Shown piece by piece: positions 1 to 9,597 of a DNA stretch of 64,000 nt. How positions within the stretch are numbered: the stretch's first letter is position 1; each line of letters begins with the position of its first letter. The stretch comes from Acidobacteriota bacterium (GTDB lineage: Bacteria > Acidobacteriota > UBA6911): NCBI GenBank assembly GCA_012729555.1, contig JAAYCX010000051.1:17882-81881 (forward strand), read 5' to 3'. The translations under genes and the position numbers were made by a program. The notes beneath the pieces were generated by a model. The model did no database searches, was not told the DNA's origin, and worked only from the letters and a program-made list of their open reading frames with translations.

Positions 1-627
1 CATTACGAGGTCCTGAAACTCGCCCCCCGGTTCCTGCAGGAGACCGTGATGTTCCCCTACGGCTACGGCCCCTCTTTCCTGCAGCAGGCCTGGAAACGGA
101 AACCGTCGTGGGACGCCGTCAACGCCATCTATGCGGATCCGCCGGGGTCGACCGAACAGATCATGCACCCGGAAAAATATTTCGGGACCCGCGACATCCC
201 CCGGCCGGTGGATGCCGGGCCCTGGGCCGCCGCCCTGGGGGAGGAATGGAAGGTGGCCCACGCGCGGGTGATGGGGGAATTCGGGCTGGGCCTGCTGCTC
301 GGTCAGCACCTTACGGACGAGCGGGCGCGCAAGGGCGCCCGGGGCTGGGGGGGGGACCAGGCGCTGCTCGTGGAAAACAGGGCCGGGAAAACGGCCGTCC
401 TGATCCTGACCGAATGGGATACGGAGGACGAAGCCGCCAAGTTTTACGAGGCGATGCAGGCCTGGTTCCACAGGCGCAGCCCCAAAGCCGTACCCGGGGG
501 AAAGGATCCCGAAGGGTTCTCCCTGGTCCAGGACGGGGAGGTTCAGGCGCTCCGGCGCGAGGGTCTTTCGGTCCGGGTGATCGTGGGGCTCCCCGAATCC
601 GAGGCTCCGAAACTCGACGTCTTCTGA
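1..627 (+). CDS. hypothetical protein, 5'-truncated by the window edge (frame open from nt 1)
   Basis: Frame 1 is open from position 1 through the stop at 627 (HYEVLKLAPRFLQETVMFPYGYG...). Codon usage matches neighbouring genes. No recognisable family. Confidence 0.4.
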   Translation, partial: HYEVLKLAPRFLQETVMFPYGYGPSFLQQAWKRKPSWDAVNAIYADPPGSTEQIMHPEKYFGTRDIPRPVDAGPWAAALGEEWKVAHARVMGEFGLGLLLGQHLTDERARKGARGWGGDQALLVENRAGKTAVLILTEWDTEDEAAKFYEAMQAWFHRRSPKAVPGGKDPEGFSLVQDGEVQALRREGLSVRVIVGLPESEAPKLDVF

Positions 628-636
628 CCCGTCGAA

Positions 637-1665
637 TCAGTTCCGGACGACGCGGGTCCCGGAGATCCGGTCGTGCAGGCAAAGGTTGTCGCGGCTCGCC
701 AGGGCCCACAACAGCCCGAGTCCGATCCCGAACAGGGACAACAGATAACCGCCGCACCGGCCGAAAAACTGCCCCTTCGATGGCCGTTCCCCGTCCCTCC
801 CCACCACGCGCAGGTCCGTGATCATCATTCCGATCGTCTGGCTGGAGGCGAAGAGGAAGAAAATGGAATAGACGAAATAGGCCAGCAGGAAAAGGCCCGA
901 GAAGTGGACGACGCTCACGGCGTCCATCATGATGGCGCCCGTAAGGCCGTCCGCGGCGAACACCATTACCCCGACACAGGTCACGATGCAGATCAGGTCC
1001 ACCAGCCCGGACAGGGTCCGGGAGAGGAGGATCAGCTTTCCTTCCGAATCCTCGAACTCCCCCGCGGCGGCCGCCGGCTCATAAACGGCCCGGGGTGGTG
1101 CGGGAGGAACGGGGAGCGGACCGGGGGACGCCGGACCGGCCGGCTTGCGGGAAACGGCCGTATCGATAAGACTCCGGATCTTTCGGGGATCCGCGGGGGC
1201 CGGCGGCACCGCCTTCAGGGGCTCGAGCTTTTTCTGCAACGGGACGGGGGCCGGCGGCCGGGGGGCTGGTTTGCGCGCCTTCATCCGCTCCATGATCTCG
1301 GCCCGCAACGCGGCGGCGGCGGCGTCGGGGGACGGGCCCCCGGGCGCCCCGGCCGGATCCAGGGGGGAACGGACCGGGGTGGCCGACGCGGCCGCCTCCT
1401 TTTTCTGCTTGATGGCGCGCAGGCGCTCGGAAAGCTCCTTGCGCCAACCGGGGATCTCCTCCGCCGCGGAGATCCCCGGGCCGTCCGCATCCCCGGGCTC
1501 CGGCACATCCTCCTGCTCCTCCCGGCCGGCATCGGCGCCGTCGGCCGGGGGCGCGCCGGGATCGGCCGGCCCGGGCTCCGGGGTCTCCACCGCGATACGG
1601 TGGCCGCAGCGCGGGCAGGAACCCGTCGCGTCGATCTCGATAACCAGACAGTGAGGACAATTCAT
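637..1665 (-). CDS. RDD-family membrane protein with N-terminal zinc-ribbon (CPHC...CPRC) and Pro/Ala-rich linker
   Basis: N-terminus MNCPHC...GSCPRCG is a zinc ribbon. Long P/A-rich low-complexity linker. C-terminal 3-TM block with RDD-like motif (LRVVGRDGERPS). Convergent with the upstream gene. Confidence 0.55.
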   Translation of the reverse strand: MNCPHCLVIEIDATGSCPRCGHRIAVETPEPGPADPGAPPADGADAGREEQEDVPEPGDADGPGISAAEEIPGWRKELSERLRAIKQKKEAAASATPVRSPLDPAGAPGGPSPDAAAAALRAEIMERMKARKPAPRPPAPVPLQKKLEPLKAVPPAPADPRKIRSLIDTAVSRKPAGPASPGPLPVPPAPPRAVYEPAAAAGEFEDSEGKLILLSRTLSGLVDLICIVTCVGVMVFAADGLTGAIMMDAVSVVHFSGLFLLAYFVYSIFFLFASSQTIGMMITDLRVVGRDGERPSKGQFFGRCGGYLLSLFGIGLGLLWALASRDNLCLHDRISGTRVVRN

Positions 1666-1813
1666 AAGCCGCTCCCGCGCGCCCCGGAAAAGTGGGTCCC
1701 TCGCCGGCCGGAGGCTCGGCGCTCTCGGGCAGAATCGGGGTGATTATAGCACAGCGGGATCCTGTCGCCCCCCCCGCCCTTTTGCTATAATTGAAGGCGG
1801 GGAGGCCGCAGCC

Positions 1814-2146
1814 TTGATGACGTTGAGAAGGCGGTCGCTGGTGATGGTGGGGTTCCTGGCCTTCGCGGCGGCCGCCTACGGGATAGCCAGGCGTTCGGCT
1901 CCCGCCATGGTTCGTCACGTGGTGGAGCAGTCCCTGATCCAGAAAGCGCCCGCCGACGTCGGTGAAGAGTCGATCCGGCGGAGGCTCGACGAGCTCCTCC
2001 GGGCGGCTCCAAACGAGGAGGCACGCATGCGAACCCTGCTCCGCATTTCACAGGATCTGGAGAAGGTACAGGAATTGACCCGTGACGAGTGGGCCCGGCT
2101 GTGGCCGCAGCCCGAGTCCGGAGATCCCCCGGGAATTCGTCATTGA
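1814..2146 (+). CDS. small hypothetical membrane-anchored protein upstream of the ECF sigma factor
   Basis: 110-aa ORF with an N-terminal hydrophobic segment (LVMVGFLAFAAAAYGIA). Same strand as and immediately upstream of the sigma/anti-sigma pair. No family assignment. Confidence 0.35.
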   Translation: MMTLRRRSLVMVGFLAFAAAAYGIARRSAPAMVRHVVEQSLIQKAPADVGEESIRRRLDELLRAAPNEEARMRTLLRISQDLEKVQELTRDEWARLWPQPESGDPPGIRH

Positions 2147-2175
2147 GGAACTTTTTCCCTCCGGAAGGCGTCTGA
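2147..2175 (+). promoter_or_regulatory. candidate ECF-sigma-type promoter (GGAACTT-N16-GTCTGA) upstream of the ECF sigma gene
   Basis: GGAACTT at 2147-2153, a 16-nt spacer, then GTCTGA at 2170-2175, about 17 nt before the ATG at 2192. Resembles RpoE-like autoregulated promoters. Confidence 0.35.
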
Positions 2176-2191
2176 TAGATAAGGACATGAA

Positions 2192-2842
2192 ATGAGCCGA
2201 AGAGCATTCATGAACGGGGTGATGTATCCGGAAGAGCTCGTGCTGTCCGAGAACGCCGGCGGCGTCGCGCACGGGGCCGTCCTGGACCAGGCCGGGTCGG
2301 AAGCCGATCTCGGCTTCGACCAGATATTCGAGCGTTACCGGTCGATGGTCTACGGTCTCGCCGTGAACATCCTGGGTGACCGGGAGGAAGCGCTGGACGT
2401 GTCCCAGGAGGTTTTCCTCACGGTGTACCGCAAACTGGACACCTTCAGGGGGGAATCCTCCCTGAAGACCTGGATTTACCGCATCGCCGCCCGCCGGGCG
2501 GCCAACCGGTTCCGCTGGTGGAACCGGTTGAGGCGCAGGGGCACGGTTTCGCTGGAGGAGCACCTGGTCCAAAACCCCAACGACGAGCTCTTCTACAATC
2601 TGCGGGCCCAGGGCCGAACGCCCGAGGAGGCCCTGGCCTTCGAGGAGGAACATGCCGAGGTCGAGCGCCTGCTCCGGGACCTCCCCCTGCCGCAGAGGAT
2701 GGCCGTGGTGATGCGCGACATCGAGGGGTTGTCGTACGAAGAGATCGCCGAAACGCTCGAGGTGTCGCTCGGCACGGTGAAATCCAGGATCGCACGGGGG
2801 AGAGAGGGGCTCAAGCGCCGGTTCAACGGAGCCGGGAGATAA
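2192..2842 (+). CDS. RNA polymerase sigma-70 family ECF sigma factor
   Basis: Region 2 (FERYRSMVYGLAVNILGDREEALDVSQEVFLTVY) and region 4 (LPQRMAVVMRDIEGLSYEEIAETLEVSLGTVKSRIARGR) motifs of sigma-70 family proteins are present. Followed by an anti-sigma gene. Confidence 0.9.
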   Translation: MSRRAFMNGVMYPEELVLSENAGGVAHGAVLDQAGSEADLGFDQIFERYRSMVYGLAVNILGDREEALDVSQEVFLTVYRKLDTFRGESSLKTWIYRIAARRAANRFRWWNRLRRRGTVSLEEHLVQNPNDELFYNLRAQGRTPEEALAFEEEHAEVERLLRDLPLPQRMAVVMRDIEGLSYEEIAETLEVSLGTVKSRIARGREGLKRRFNGAGR

Positions 2843-2854
2843 CCAGAGGCTGTC

Positions 2855-3649
2855 ATGGAATGCAGGAAAGTAGTACCTTTGCTGTCGGAATTTCTGGATG
2901 AAACACTCGACGCGGGCGACGCCGTGGAAATCTCCAAGCACCTCGGCGGGTGCATGGGGTGCCGGAAGGAGTACGACGCGCTCGCGGCGGTGCGCGCCCG
3001 GCTCCGCTTGGCGGGGAGGATCCCGGAACCCGATTACCTGGGGGACCTGGTGCGGCTCCGGATCGCCGACGCGCGCAGAAACCGCTGGAGCGTCCAACTG
3101 CGGGAGGCCGTGGAGTTGCGCTGGTCCAGGATCCGCACGACGGGGAGGCTCTGGTATCTGAGCCGCGCCGCGGGCACGCTGATGACGGCCGTACTCTTCG
3201 CCCTGATCCCCTTTTCGATCGACCCGCCGGGGGTCCAGGCCGACGACCCCCTCCCCGTGCGGATCATGTTCACACCCCGGGAGCGGAGCCAGATGGCCGC
3301 GTCCTTCCAGGTCAAGATGGGAATGGCCCCCGGCGGCGCGCGTGAGGAAATCATCCGGCCGAAAAGGCCGGCCACCCGGCCCGCGATCAACGACCAGGTC
3401 CTGTCCGATTTCGGGGAACGCATCTCCCAGGACGGGGAGGATTACGTCTTTTCGGTGCTGACGACGGTCGACCGCACCGGGCAGGCCGAGGCGGAAATGG
3501 TGGTCGAACACCCCGACGACCGGACCTTCCTCGAGAGCTTCAACAAGGTCATCTCCTCCCGCCGCCTGGCCCCGGGCCGCGCGCGCGACGGTGAAACCAT
3601 CGACTCCCGGATGCTGATGATCTTCAGCAAGATATCGGTGTACGACTAG
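2855..3649 (+). CDS. anti-sigma factor (zf-HC2 type, single TM)
   Basis: N-terminal CxxVxxxLxxFLDxxL...H...C..C zinc-finger motif (MECRKVVPLLSEFLDETLD...HLGGCMGCR). Central TM segment (LMTAVLFALIPF). Lies immediately downstream of the ECF sigma, 13-nt gap. Confidence 0.75.
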   Translation: MECRKVVPLLSEFLDETLDAGDAVEISKHLGGCMGCRKEYDALAAVRARLRLAGRIPEPDYLGDLVRLRIADARRNRWSVQLREAVELRWSRIRTTGRLWYLSRAAGTLMTAVLFALIPFSIDPPGVQADDPLPVRIMFTPRERSQMAASFQVKMGMAPGGAREEIIRPKRPATRPAINDQVLSDFGERISQDGEDYVFSVLTTVDRTGQAEAEMVVEHPDDRTFLESFNKVISSRRLAPGRARDGETIDSRMLMIFSKISVYD

Positions 3650-4458
3650 TCCCCGCCCTCGGGCCGGCGCTTTTCCCGGCGCTCGCGCCGGCGGTCCCGC
3701 CCCCGGCGCCCTTTTCGGGGTGCCGCCTCCTGCGGCGGGGGGCCGAGCAGGGCAACCTCCCGCGCGCTCAGGTCGCGCCAGCGCCCCGTCGGCAATCCCT
3801 CCAGGGTGCAGGGGCCGATGCGGGTCCGGACCAGCTTGAGCACCACGAGCCCCACCGCCTCCAGCATCCGGCGCACCTCGCGGTTTTTCCCCTCGGTCAG
3901 CACGATCTCGAGCCAGCTGTATTTCCCCCGGTCTTCGATCCGGGCGACACTCTCCGGCCGCGCCCGTTCCCCCCGCCCGAGTTCCACCCCGGCCCGCATC
4001 CTCGAGATCGTCTCGTCGTCGACCAGGGCGCTGGCCTTGACCAGGTAGGTCTTCGGCACCCGGGAGGCCGGACTCCTGACGAAATCGGCGAAATCGGTGT
4101 CGTTGGTGAGGAGGATCAGCCCCGAGGAATCCTTGTCCAGGCGCCCCACGGGGGAGACCCAGGGGAGGCTTTCGTCGAGGCAGTCGTACACCGTCCTCCT
4201 CCCGCCCGGGTCCCCGTGGCTCGTGATCACCCCCTTGGGCTTGTTGAAGAGGAGATAGACCCGGTGCGCCGGGCGCAGGCGGTTTCCGTCGAGGTGCACC
4301 GCGTCCACGCGCGGGTCGAGCCAGGCGTCGGGGTCCCGGGCGGCGCGCCCGTTGACCTTGACTCGACCCGCGCGGATGGCCGCGCACGCGGCGCTCCGGG
4401 ACGCGAACCCGAAGCGCGAGAGCACGCGGTCGAGCGTCATCTCCCTTTTCGATTCCAT
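3646..4458 (-). CDS. pseudouridine synthase, RsuA/RluB family (S4 domain + catalytic domain)
   Basis: S4 RNA-binding N-terminus (LDRVLSRFGFASRSAACAAIRAGRVKVNG). Catalytic motif GRLDKDSSGLILLTND. Lys/Arg-rich C-terminal tail. Confidence 0.85.
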   Translation of the reverse strand: MESKREMTLDRVLSRFGFASRSAACAAIRAGRVKVNGRAARDPDAWLDPRVDAVHLDGNRLRPAHRVYLLFNKPKGVITSHGDPGGRRTVYDCLDESLPWVSPVGRLDKDSSGLILLTNDTDFADFVRSPASRVPKTYLVKASALVDDETISRMRAGVELGRGERARPESVARIEDRGKYSWLEIVLTEGKNREVRRMLEAVGLVVLKLVRTRIGPCTLEGLPTGRWRDLSAREVALLGPPPQEAAPRKGRRGRDRRRERREKRRPEGGD

Positions 4459-4558
4459 CCCGCCCCCCTGGACCCGCGGCGGACCGGACCGACTCCCGGA
4501 GGCGCGCGGGATGCTTTATGGTACCATCATCCCGAATCGAACCGAACTGGGGGTACAT

Positions 4559-5866
4559 ATGATGGCACACCTCTCCGTCCTGTTGGGCATCGACGCCCGC
4601 TACGTGGTCTACCCTCTGATCGCCGTGATCGCGGCCGGCATCCTCCGCTTCGGCCTTCTCCGGACCCTGCGCAGGAAAGCGGCGCGGACCGCGACCACCC
4701 TGGACGATCACGTCATCCGTTACCTGGAGTCGCTCGTCACCCCGCTCCTCACCGTTGCGGTCCTCTATTACGTCGCCCACCTGATCCCCGTCCCCTCGGC
4801 GGCTGCCCGATATATCCACAGGGGACTGGGAGTCGCCGCCATCCTGATCGCCGCGGTCCTTACGGCAAGACTGATCACCGTCCTGCTCGCCGATATCGGC
4901 GCCCGCAGGGAAAGCTGGAGCCGTTTCCTGCAGCCGCTCGCGACCCTGGCCAAAATCCTCCTGGGCCTCCTTGTCGTCGCCCTCTCCATCAGGACGCTCG
5001 GCCTCAACTTCTCCGGCGAGGGGGCGCGCCTGGTCCGCATCGTGGGGATCCTCGTGGGCGCCTACATCCTCCTCCGGATCATCGGCCTCGCCGCCCTCCA
5101 CCTGGAGCGGTTGGTGGAGGGGACCGAGTCCGGGGTGCTTTCGGAAGCCCAGCGCCGGGCCAGGACGCTGGGGAAGATCATCAACAGCATCGGCTGCGTC
5201 CTGGTCATAGGGGTGTCCGCCATGCTGATCCTGGACCAGTTCGGGATCAACATCATGCCCATCATCACCGGGGCGGGGATCGCGGGATTGGCCGTGGGGT
5301 TCGGGGCCCAGAACCTCGTGCGCGACGTGATCAGCGGTTTCTTCCTCATCCTCGAGGACCAGATCCGCGTCGGCGACGTCGCCCGGATCAACGGCACCGG
5401 GGGGGCCGTGGAGGCCATCCGGCTGCGCACCACCATCCTGAGGGACATGGACGGGACGGTCCACATCTTCCCGAACGGGGAAATCAAGGCCGTCTCCAAC
5501 CTGACCAAGGAATACGCCTATTACGTGGTCGACCTGGGGATCGCCTACAAGGAAAACGTGGACGAGGTGATGGAGGTGTTGCGCGGAATCGGGGCCGAAC
5601 TGGCGGAGGACCCGGAGTACCGCCCCTACATCCTGGAGCCGCTGGAGGTCCTGGGGGTGGACGATTTCGGCGACTCCCAGGTGACGCTCAAGCTCCGGAT
5701 CAAGACCCTCCCGCTCAAGCAGTGGGCGGTGGGGCGCGAACTGCGCCGGCGGATCAAGAACGGCTTCGACGGCAGGGGGATCGAGATCCCCTTCCCGCAC
5801 CTGAGCGTCTACTGGGGCGAAGCCAGCCGCCCCTTCGAGGCATCTGTGAAGAAACAGGAGCCGTGA
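4559..5866 (+). CDS. mechanosensitive ion channel (MscS family), multi-TM N-terminus
   Basis: MscS signature region ITGAGIAGLAVGFGAQNLVRDVISGFFLILEDQIRVGDVARINGTGGAVEAIRLRTTILRDMDGTVHIFPNGEI. Start placed at ATG 4559 to avoid overlapping the convergent gene; the track's 4352 start is an upstream extension. Confidence 0.8.
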   Translation: MMAHLSVLLGIDARYVVYPLIAVIAAGILRFGLLRTLRRKAARTATTLDDHVIRYLESLVTPLLTVAVLYYVAHLIPVPSAAARYIHRGLGVAAILIAAVLTARLITVLLADIGARRESWSRFLQPLATLAKILLGLLVVALSIRTLGLNFSGEGARLVRIVGILVGAYILLRIIGLAALHLERLVEGTESGVLSEAQRRARTLGKIINSIGCVLVIGVSAMLILDQFGINIMPIITGAGIAGLAVGFGAQNLVRDVISGFFLILEDQIRVGDVARINGTGGAVEAIRLRTTILRDMDGTVHIFPNGEIKAVSNLTKEYAYYVVDLGIAYKENVDEVMEVLRGIGAELAEDPEYRPYILEPLEVLGVDDFGDSQVTLKLRIKTLPLKQWAVGRELRRRIKNGFDGRGIEIPFPHLSVYWGEASRPFEASVKKQEP

Positions 5867-5884
5867 CCACCCCCGGCCGAGGTG

Positions 5885-6823
5885 TCATTCCCGGCCCTTG
5901 TCGCGCACCGGCCGGGAGTTGGGCCCCCGCCCCTGGGAGAGGACGCTCTCCGGGGGGATGCTTTCGGTCAGCCACACGTTCCCGCCGATGACGGAGCGCG
6001 CCCCGACGGTGATTCTCCCGAGGATGGTCGCGCCGGCGTAGATGACCACGTCGTCCCCGATGACGGGATGGCGGTCGACCCCCTTGATGGGCACCCCCTT
6101 CTCATCGAGCGGGAAGCTCTTCGCCCCGAGCGTAACCCCCTGGTAGATCCGCACCCGGTCCCCGATGACGGCGGTCTCCCCGATCACCACCCCCGTGCCG
6201 TGATCGATGAAGAACCTCCGGCCGACCCGGGCCCCGGGGTGGATGTCGATCCCGGTGACGCTGTGGGCGTTCTCCCCGATGATCCTGGGGATCACCGGCA
6301 CCTCGAGGTCGTAGAGTTCGTGGGCGACGCGGTGGTTGGTGATCGCGAAAACCCCCGGATAGCAGAAGATGGTTTCGCCCGGGCTCTTGGCCGCCGGGTC
6401 CCCGTCGTAGGCGGCGCGCACATCCTCCATGAGGAGCGCCATCACCTCGGGCACCCTTTCGAGGAACCGGCGCGTGATCCCCGCGGCCCGGGCCCTGCAC
6501 TCGACCGGGTTGTCGTCGCCTCCGGGGCACACGAAACAGAACCCGCGCCGGATCTGCTCCTCGAGCGCGATGGCGACGCGGTCCAGGATCGCACCCACAT
6601 GAAGGGTCAGCGCTTCCGGGTTGAATTCGGCCAGGTGGAAGAAGCCGGGAAACAGGACGGACCGGAGCTGCTGCATGATCTCCAGGCAGCTCGAGCGTGA
6701 CGGGAGCCGCGCCCCGCACTCCTTCGGAACATTCGGCAGGAACTCGTGCCGCCGGCTCACCTCGACGAGCCGCCGGGCGATTTCGGAAATGGGCACCCCG
6801 TCTCTTCCGCTCATTTGCATCAC
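5885..6823 (-). CDS. cysE: serine O-acetyltransferase
   Basis: SATase N-terminal domain plus hexapeptide-repeat left-handed beta-helix (GIDIHPGARVGRRFFIDHGTGVVIGETAVIGDRVRIYQGVTLG). Confidence 0.9.
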   Translation of the reverse strand: MMQMSGRDGVPISEIARRLVEVSRRHEFLPNVPKECGARLPSRSSCLEIMQQLRSVLFPGFFHLAEFNPEALTLHVGAILDRVAIALEEQIRRGFCFVCPGGDDNPVECRARAAGITRRFLERVPEVMALLMEDVRAAYDGDPAAKSPGETIFCYPGVFAITNHRVAHELYDLEVPVIPRIIGENAHSVTGIDIHPGARVGRRFFIDHGTGVVIGETAVIGDRVRIYQGVTLGAKSFPLDEKGVPIKGVDRHPVIGDDVVIYAGATILGRITVGARSVIGGNVWLTESIPPESVLSQGRGPNSRPVRDKGRE

Positions 6824-6938
6824 CCCCTGTCCTTTCGATCCCTTTCCGGACTAATATATCATTTTCCCCGGCACCCGGCCCCGCTGGACAGGAAATACCG
6901 GAACGGGCGCCTCTTCGCACGGAGGCAGAGACGAAGCC

Positions 6939-9572
6939 ATGAAACCGATCCACACCTTCACCGTGATCCCCAGGCTCCCGGCGGCGCTCGAGCGCCTGCG
7001 CGATCTCGCCTACAACCTGCGCTGGGCATGGAACCACGACACCATCGAGCTGTTCCGCCGCCTCGACCGCGACCTCTGGGAGGAGAGCGGGCACAATCCC
7101 GTGCGCATGCTGGGATCGCTCGACCAGAAGCGCGTGGAGGAAGCCGCGGCGGACGACTCCTTTCTGGCCTATTTCGAGCACGTCCTCGCCGATTTCGACG
7201 CCTACATGGAAAGCCGCGGGAGCTGGTTCCGCAAAGCCCACCCGGAAGCGGAAGACTCCGTGATCGCCTACTTTTCCGCGGAGTTCGGCCTGACCGAGTG
7301 CCTCTCCATCTTCGCCGGGGGCCTCGGCATCCTCTCCGGAGACCACCTGAAGGCTTCGAGCGACCTGGGATTGCCGCTCGTGGGCGTCGGCCTGTTCTAC
7401 CAGCAGGGTTACTTCCAGCAGTACCTGAACGCTTCCGGGTGGCAGCAGGAGGCCTACGCCGACAACGACTTCCACACCCTCCCGGCCGCTCTCCAGAGAA
7501 GGCCCGACGGCAGCGAACTGAGGATAGAGGTGCCCCTGCCCGGACGGAACGTGGCCGCCCGGATCTGGCGCGTCAACGTGGGGCGCGTGGGGCTCTACCT
7601 GCTCGACACCAACATCCCCGAGAACGCCCGGGACGAAGACCGCGACCTTACCGACCAGCTGTACGGGGGGGACCTCGAGTACCGGCTCCGGCAGGAGATC
7701 CTGCTCGGCATCGGGGGATACCGGGCCCTGGAGGCGCTCGGCATCCGCCCGACCGTCTATCACATGAACGAGGGGCACTCGGCCTTCCTGTCGCTGGAAT
7801 TGACCCGCAACCTGATCCGGGACCGATCCCTCTCCTTCGCCCAGGCCCGCGAACTGGCCTCCGCCGCCCTCGTCTTCACCACCCATACCCCCGTGGCCGC
7901 GGGGCACGACTATTTCCCCTCCGCGCTGATGGAGCGCCACTTCTCTTCCTATGCCGCGGAACTGGGGATCTCCCTGGAGGATTTCATCGCCCTGGGCCGG
8001 CGCGACCCCGCGCGCAGGGACGAGAGCTTCTGCATGACGGTGCTGGCCCTGCGGATGGCGGCCTCCAGCAACGGCGTCAGCCGCCTCCACGGGGAGGTCA
8101 GCCGCGGGCTCTGGAAGGACCTCTGGCCCGACGTCCCCGAGCGGGAGATCCCGATCACCCACATCACCAACGCGGTCCATTTCCAGTCCTGGATTTCGCA
8201 GGAGATGAACCAGCTGTACGAGCGTTACCTGGGTCCCGGCTGGAAGACGCAGCCGTCCGCGGAGAACGTCTGGGACCGGATCGAATCGATCTCGTCGGAA
8301 AGCCTCTGGCGCACCCACGAGCTCCGCCGGGAGCGCCTCGTCGCCTTCGCCCGAAGGCAGCTGCGCCTGCAGCTGGAGCGCCGGGGGGCCCCGCAGGCGG
8401 AGATCGCCGCGGCCCAGGACGCGCTGGACCCGGAGATCCTGACGATCGGTTTCGCCCGCCGCTTCGCCACCTACAAGAGGGGGACCCTGCTGCTGCGTGA
8501 CCGCCGCCGCCTGGCCGCCATCCTCAACGACCCGAAGCGCCCCGTCCAGGTGATCTTCGCGGGAAAGGCCCACCCCAGGGACGACGAGGGAAAGGAGCTG
8601 ATCCGCCAGATCACCGCCCTGGCGCGGGAACCGGAATTCCGGCGCCGCATCGTCTTCGTCGAGGATTACGACATGAGTGTCGCCCGCTACCTGGTCCAGG
8701 GGGTCGACGTCTGGCTCAACACCCCCCTGCGCCCCAACGAGGCGAGCGGCACCAGCGGCATGAAGGCGATCGCCAACGGGGTGCTGAACCTGAGCACCCT
8801 GGACGGGTGGTGGGACGAAGTCTGCCGTTCGCGGACCTCGAACCACCCCCTGGTCGGCTGGGCCATCGGGAAGGGGGAGTCGTACGCCGACACGGAATAC
8901 CAGGCCCAGGTGGAGGCCGAAGCCCTGTACGACATCCTGGAGCGCGACGTGGTGCCCACCTTCTACGACCGCCGCGCCGACGGGGTGCCCCACACGTGGA
9001 TCCGGCTCATGAAATCGTCCATTGCCGACCTCTGTCCCTGGTTCAACACCAACCGGATGGTCCGGGAGTATGCCGAACGGTTCTACCTGCCGGCCCACGA
9101 ACGCTTCCGCCGGCTCGAGGCCGACGGCGCCGCACGGGCGATCGCGCTCGCGGCGGCGCTCGGACGCATCCGCGCCGCCTGGCCGGGCCTGGGGGCGGAC
9201 ATGATCGAGACCTCACTCCCCTCCGAGATCGCCGTCGGCGAACGCATCCGGTTCCGCGCACGGGTCCGCACCGGTCCCCTGTCCACGGACGACCTGAGGG
9301 TCGAACTCTACGCCGGGCGCCTGAACGCGCACGGGGAGATCGAGAAACCCCTCGTCGTCGAGATGCAGCCCGCGCAGGAGGAGGCGGGAGCGACGATCTA
9401 CGAGACCACCGCCGTTCCCGACTGCGGGAGCGGGAGGCACGGCTACACCGCGCGCGTCCTGCCGCGCCACCCCGAACTCCGGAACGCGTTCATCCCCGGC
9501 CTCATCCTGTGGGCCAACGGGGCGGCCGGGGGTACGGACAGGGCGCAGGGCCCGGAGGGGAAAACCGGCTGA
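6939..9572 (+). CDS. glgP: alpha-glucan (glycogen/maltodextrin) phosphorylase, GT35, DUF3417-type N-terminus
   Basis: 877 aa. N-terminus FTVIPRLPAALERLRDLAYNLRWAWNHDTIELFRRLD is typical of the alpha-glucan phosphorylase subfamily. PLP-site region NTPLRPNEASGTSGMKAIANGVLNLSTLDGWWDE. Confidence 0.9.
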   Translation: MKPIHTFTVIPRLPAALERLRDLAYNLRWAWNHDTIELFRRLDRDLWEESGHNPVRMLGSLDQKRVEEAAADDSFLAYFEHVLADFDAYMESRGSWFRKAHPEAEDSVIAYFSAEFGLTECLSIFAGGLGILSGDHLKASSDLGLPLVGVGLFYQQGYFQQYLNASGWQQEAYADNDFHTLPAALQRRPDGSELRIEVPLPGRNVAARIWRVNVGRVGLYLLDTNIPENARDEDRDLTDQLYGGDLEYRLRQEILLGIGGYRALEALGIRPTVYHMNEGHSAFLSLELTRNLIRDRSLSFAQARELASAALVFTTHTPVAAGHDYFPSALMERHFSSYAAELGISLEDFIALGRRDPARRDESFCMTVLALRMAASSNGVSRLHGEVSRGLWKDLWPDVPEREIPITHITNAVHFQSWISQEMNQLYERYLGPGWKTQPSAENVWDRIESISSESLWRTHELRRERLVAFARRQLRLQLERRGAPQAEIAAAQDALDPEILTIGFARRFATYKRGTLLLRDRRRLAAILNDPKRPVQVIFAGKAHPRDDEGKELIRQITALAREPEFRRRIVFVEDYDMSVARYLVQGVDVWLNTPLRPNEASGTSGMKAIANGVLNLSTLDGWWDEVCRSRTSNHPLVGWAIGKGESYADTEYQAQVEAEALYDILERDVVPTFYDRRADGVPHTWIRLMKSSIADLCPWFNTNRMVREYAERFYLPAHERFRRLEADGAARAIALAAALGRIRAAWPGLGADMIETSLPSEIAVGERIRFRARVRTGPLSTDDLRVELYAGRLNAHGEIEKPLVVEMQPAQEEAGATIYETTAVPDCGSGRHGYTARVLPRHPELRNAFIPGLILWANGAAGGTDRAQGPEGKTG

Positions 9573-9597
9573 TCCCGCGCACGGGGAGGGGGAAACC

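Noticed and set aside
108-821. Overlapping alternative-frame ORFs (108-821, 311-757, 673-1743, 1079-1918 and similar) full of G/R/P runs
   Set aside because: These are out-of-frame shadows of the real genes at 1-627 and 637-1665. They have no start context or domain content.
4352-4558. Track's longer start for the MscS gene (4352), and similar N-terminal extensions for the histidine kinase (11323), OMP (27828), macro (44271), SDR2 (45491), Pit (51719), RND (58903) and paralog lipoprotein (63182)
   Set aside because: The extensions overlap neighbouring genes, are low-complexity, and lack an RBS. Internal ATGs with SD-like sequences and/or ATGA coupling to the upstream gene give domain-complete proteins.
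2048-5800. 1250-aa minus-strand ORF spanning the sigma, anti-sigma, pseudouridine synthase and MscS genes
   Set aside because: It is antisense to several well-supported genes on both strands and has a Gly/Arg/Pro/Asp-rich low-complexity composition typical of spurious open frames in ~70% GC DNA.

The same reasoning applies to the other antisense ORFs: 6102-9098, 6746-8500, 20741-22618, 22527-24290, 30449-33703, 30988-34395 (except its last 225 codons, called as a gene from 33718), 35661-37406, 48289-51540, 48648-51719, 54797-59146, 55689-58529 and 60209-62158.
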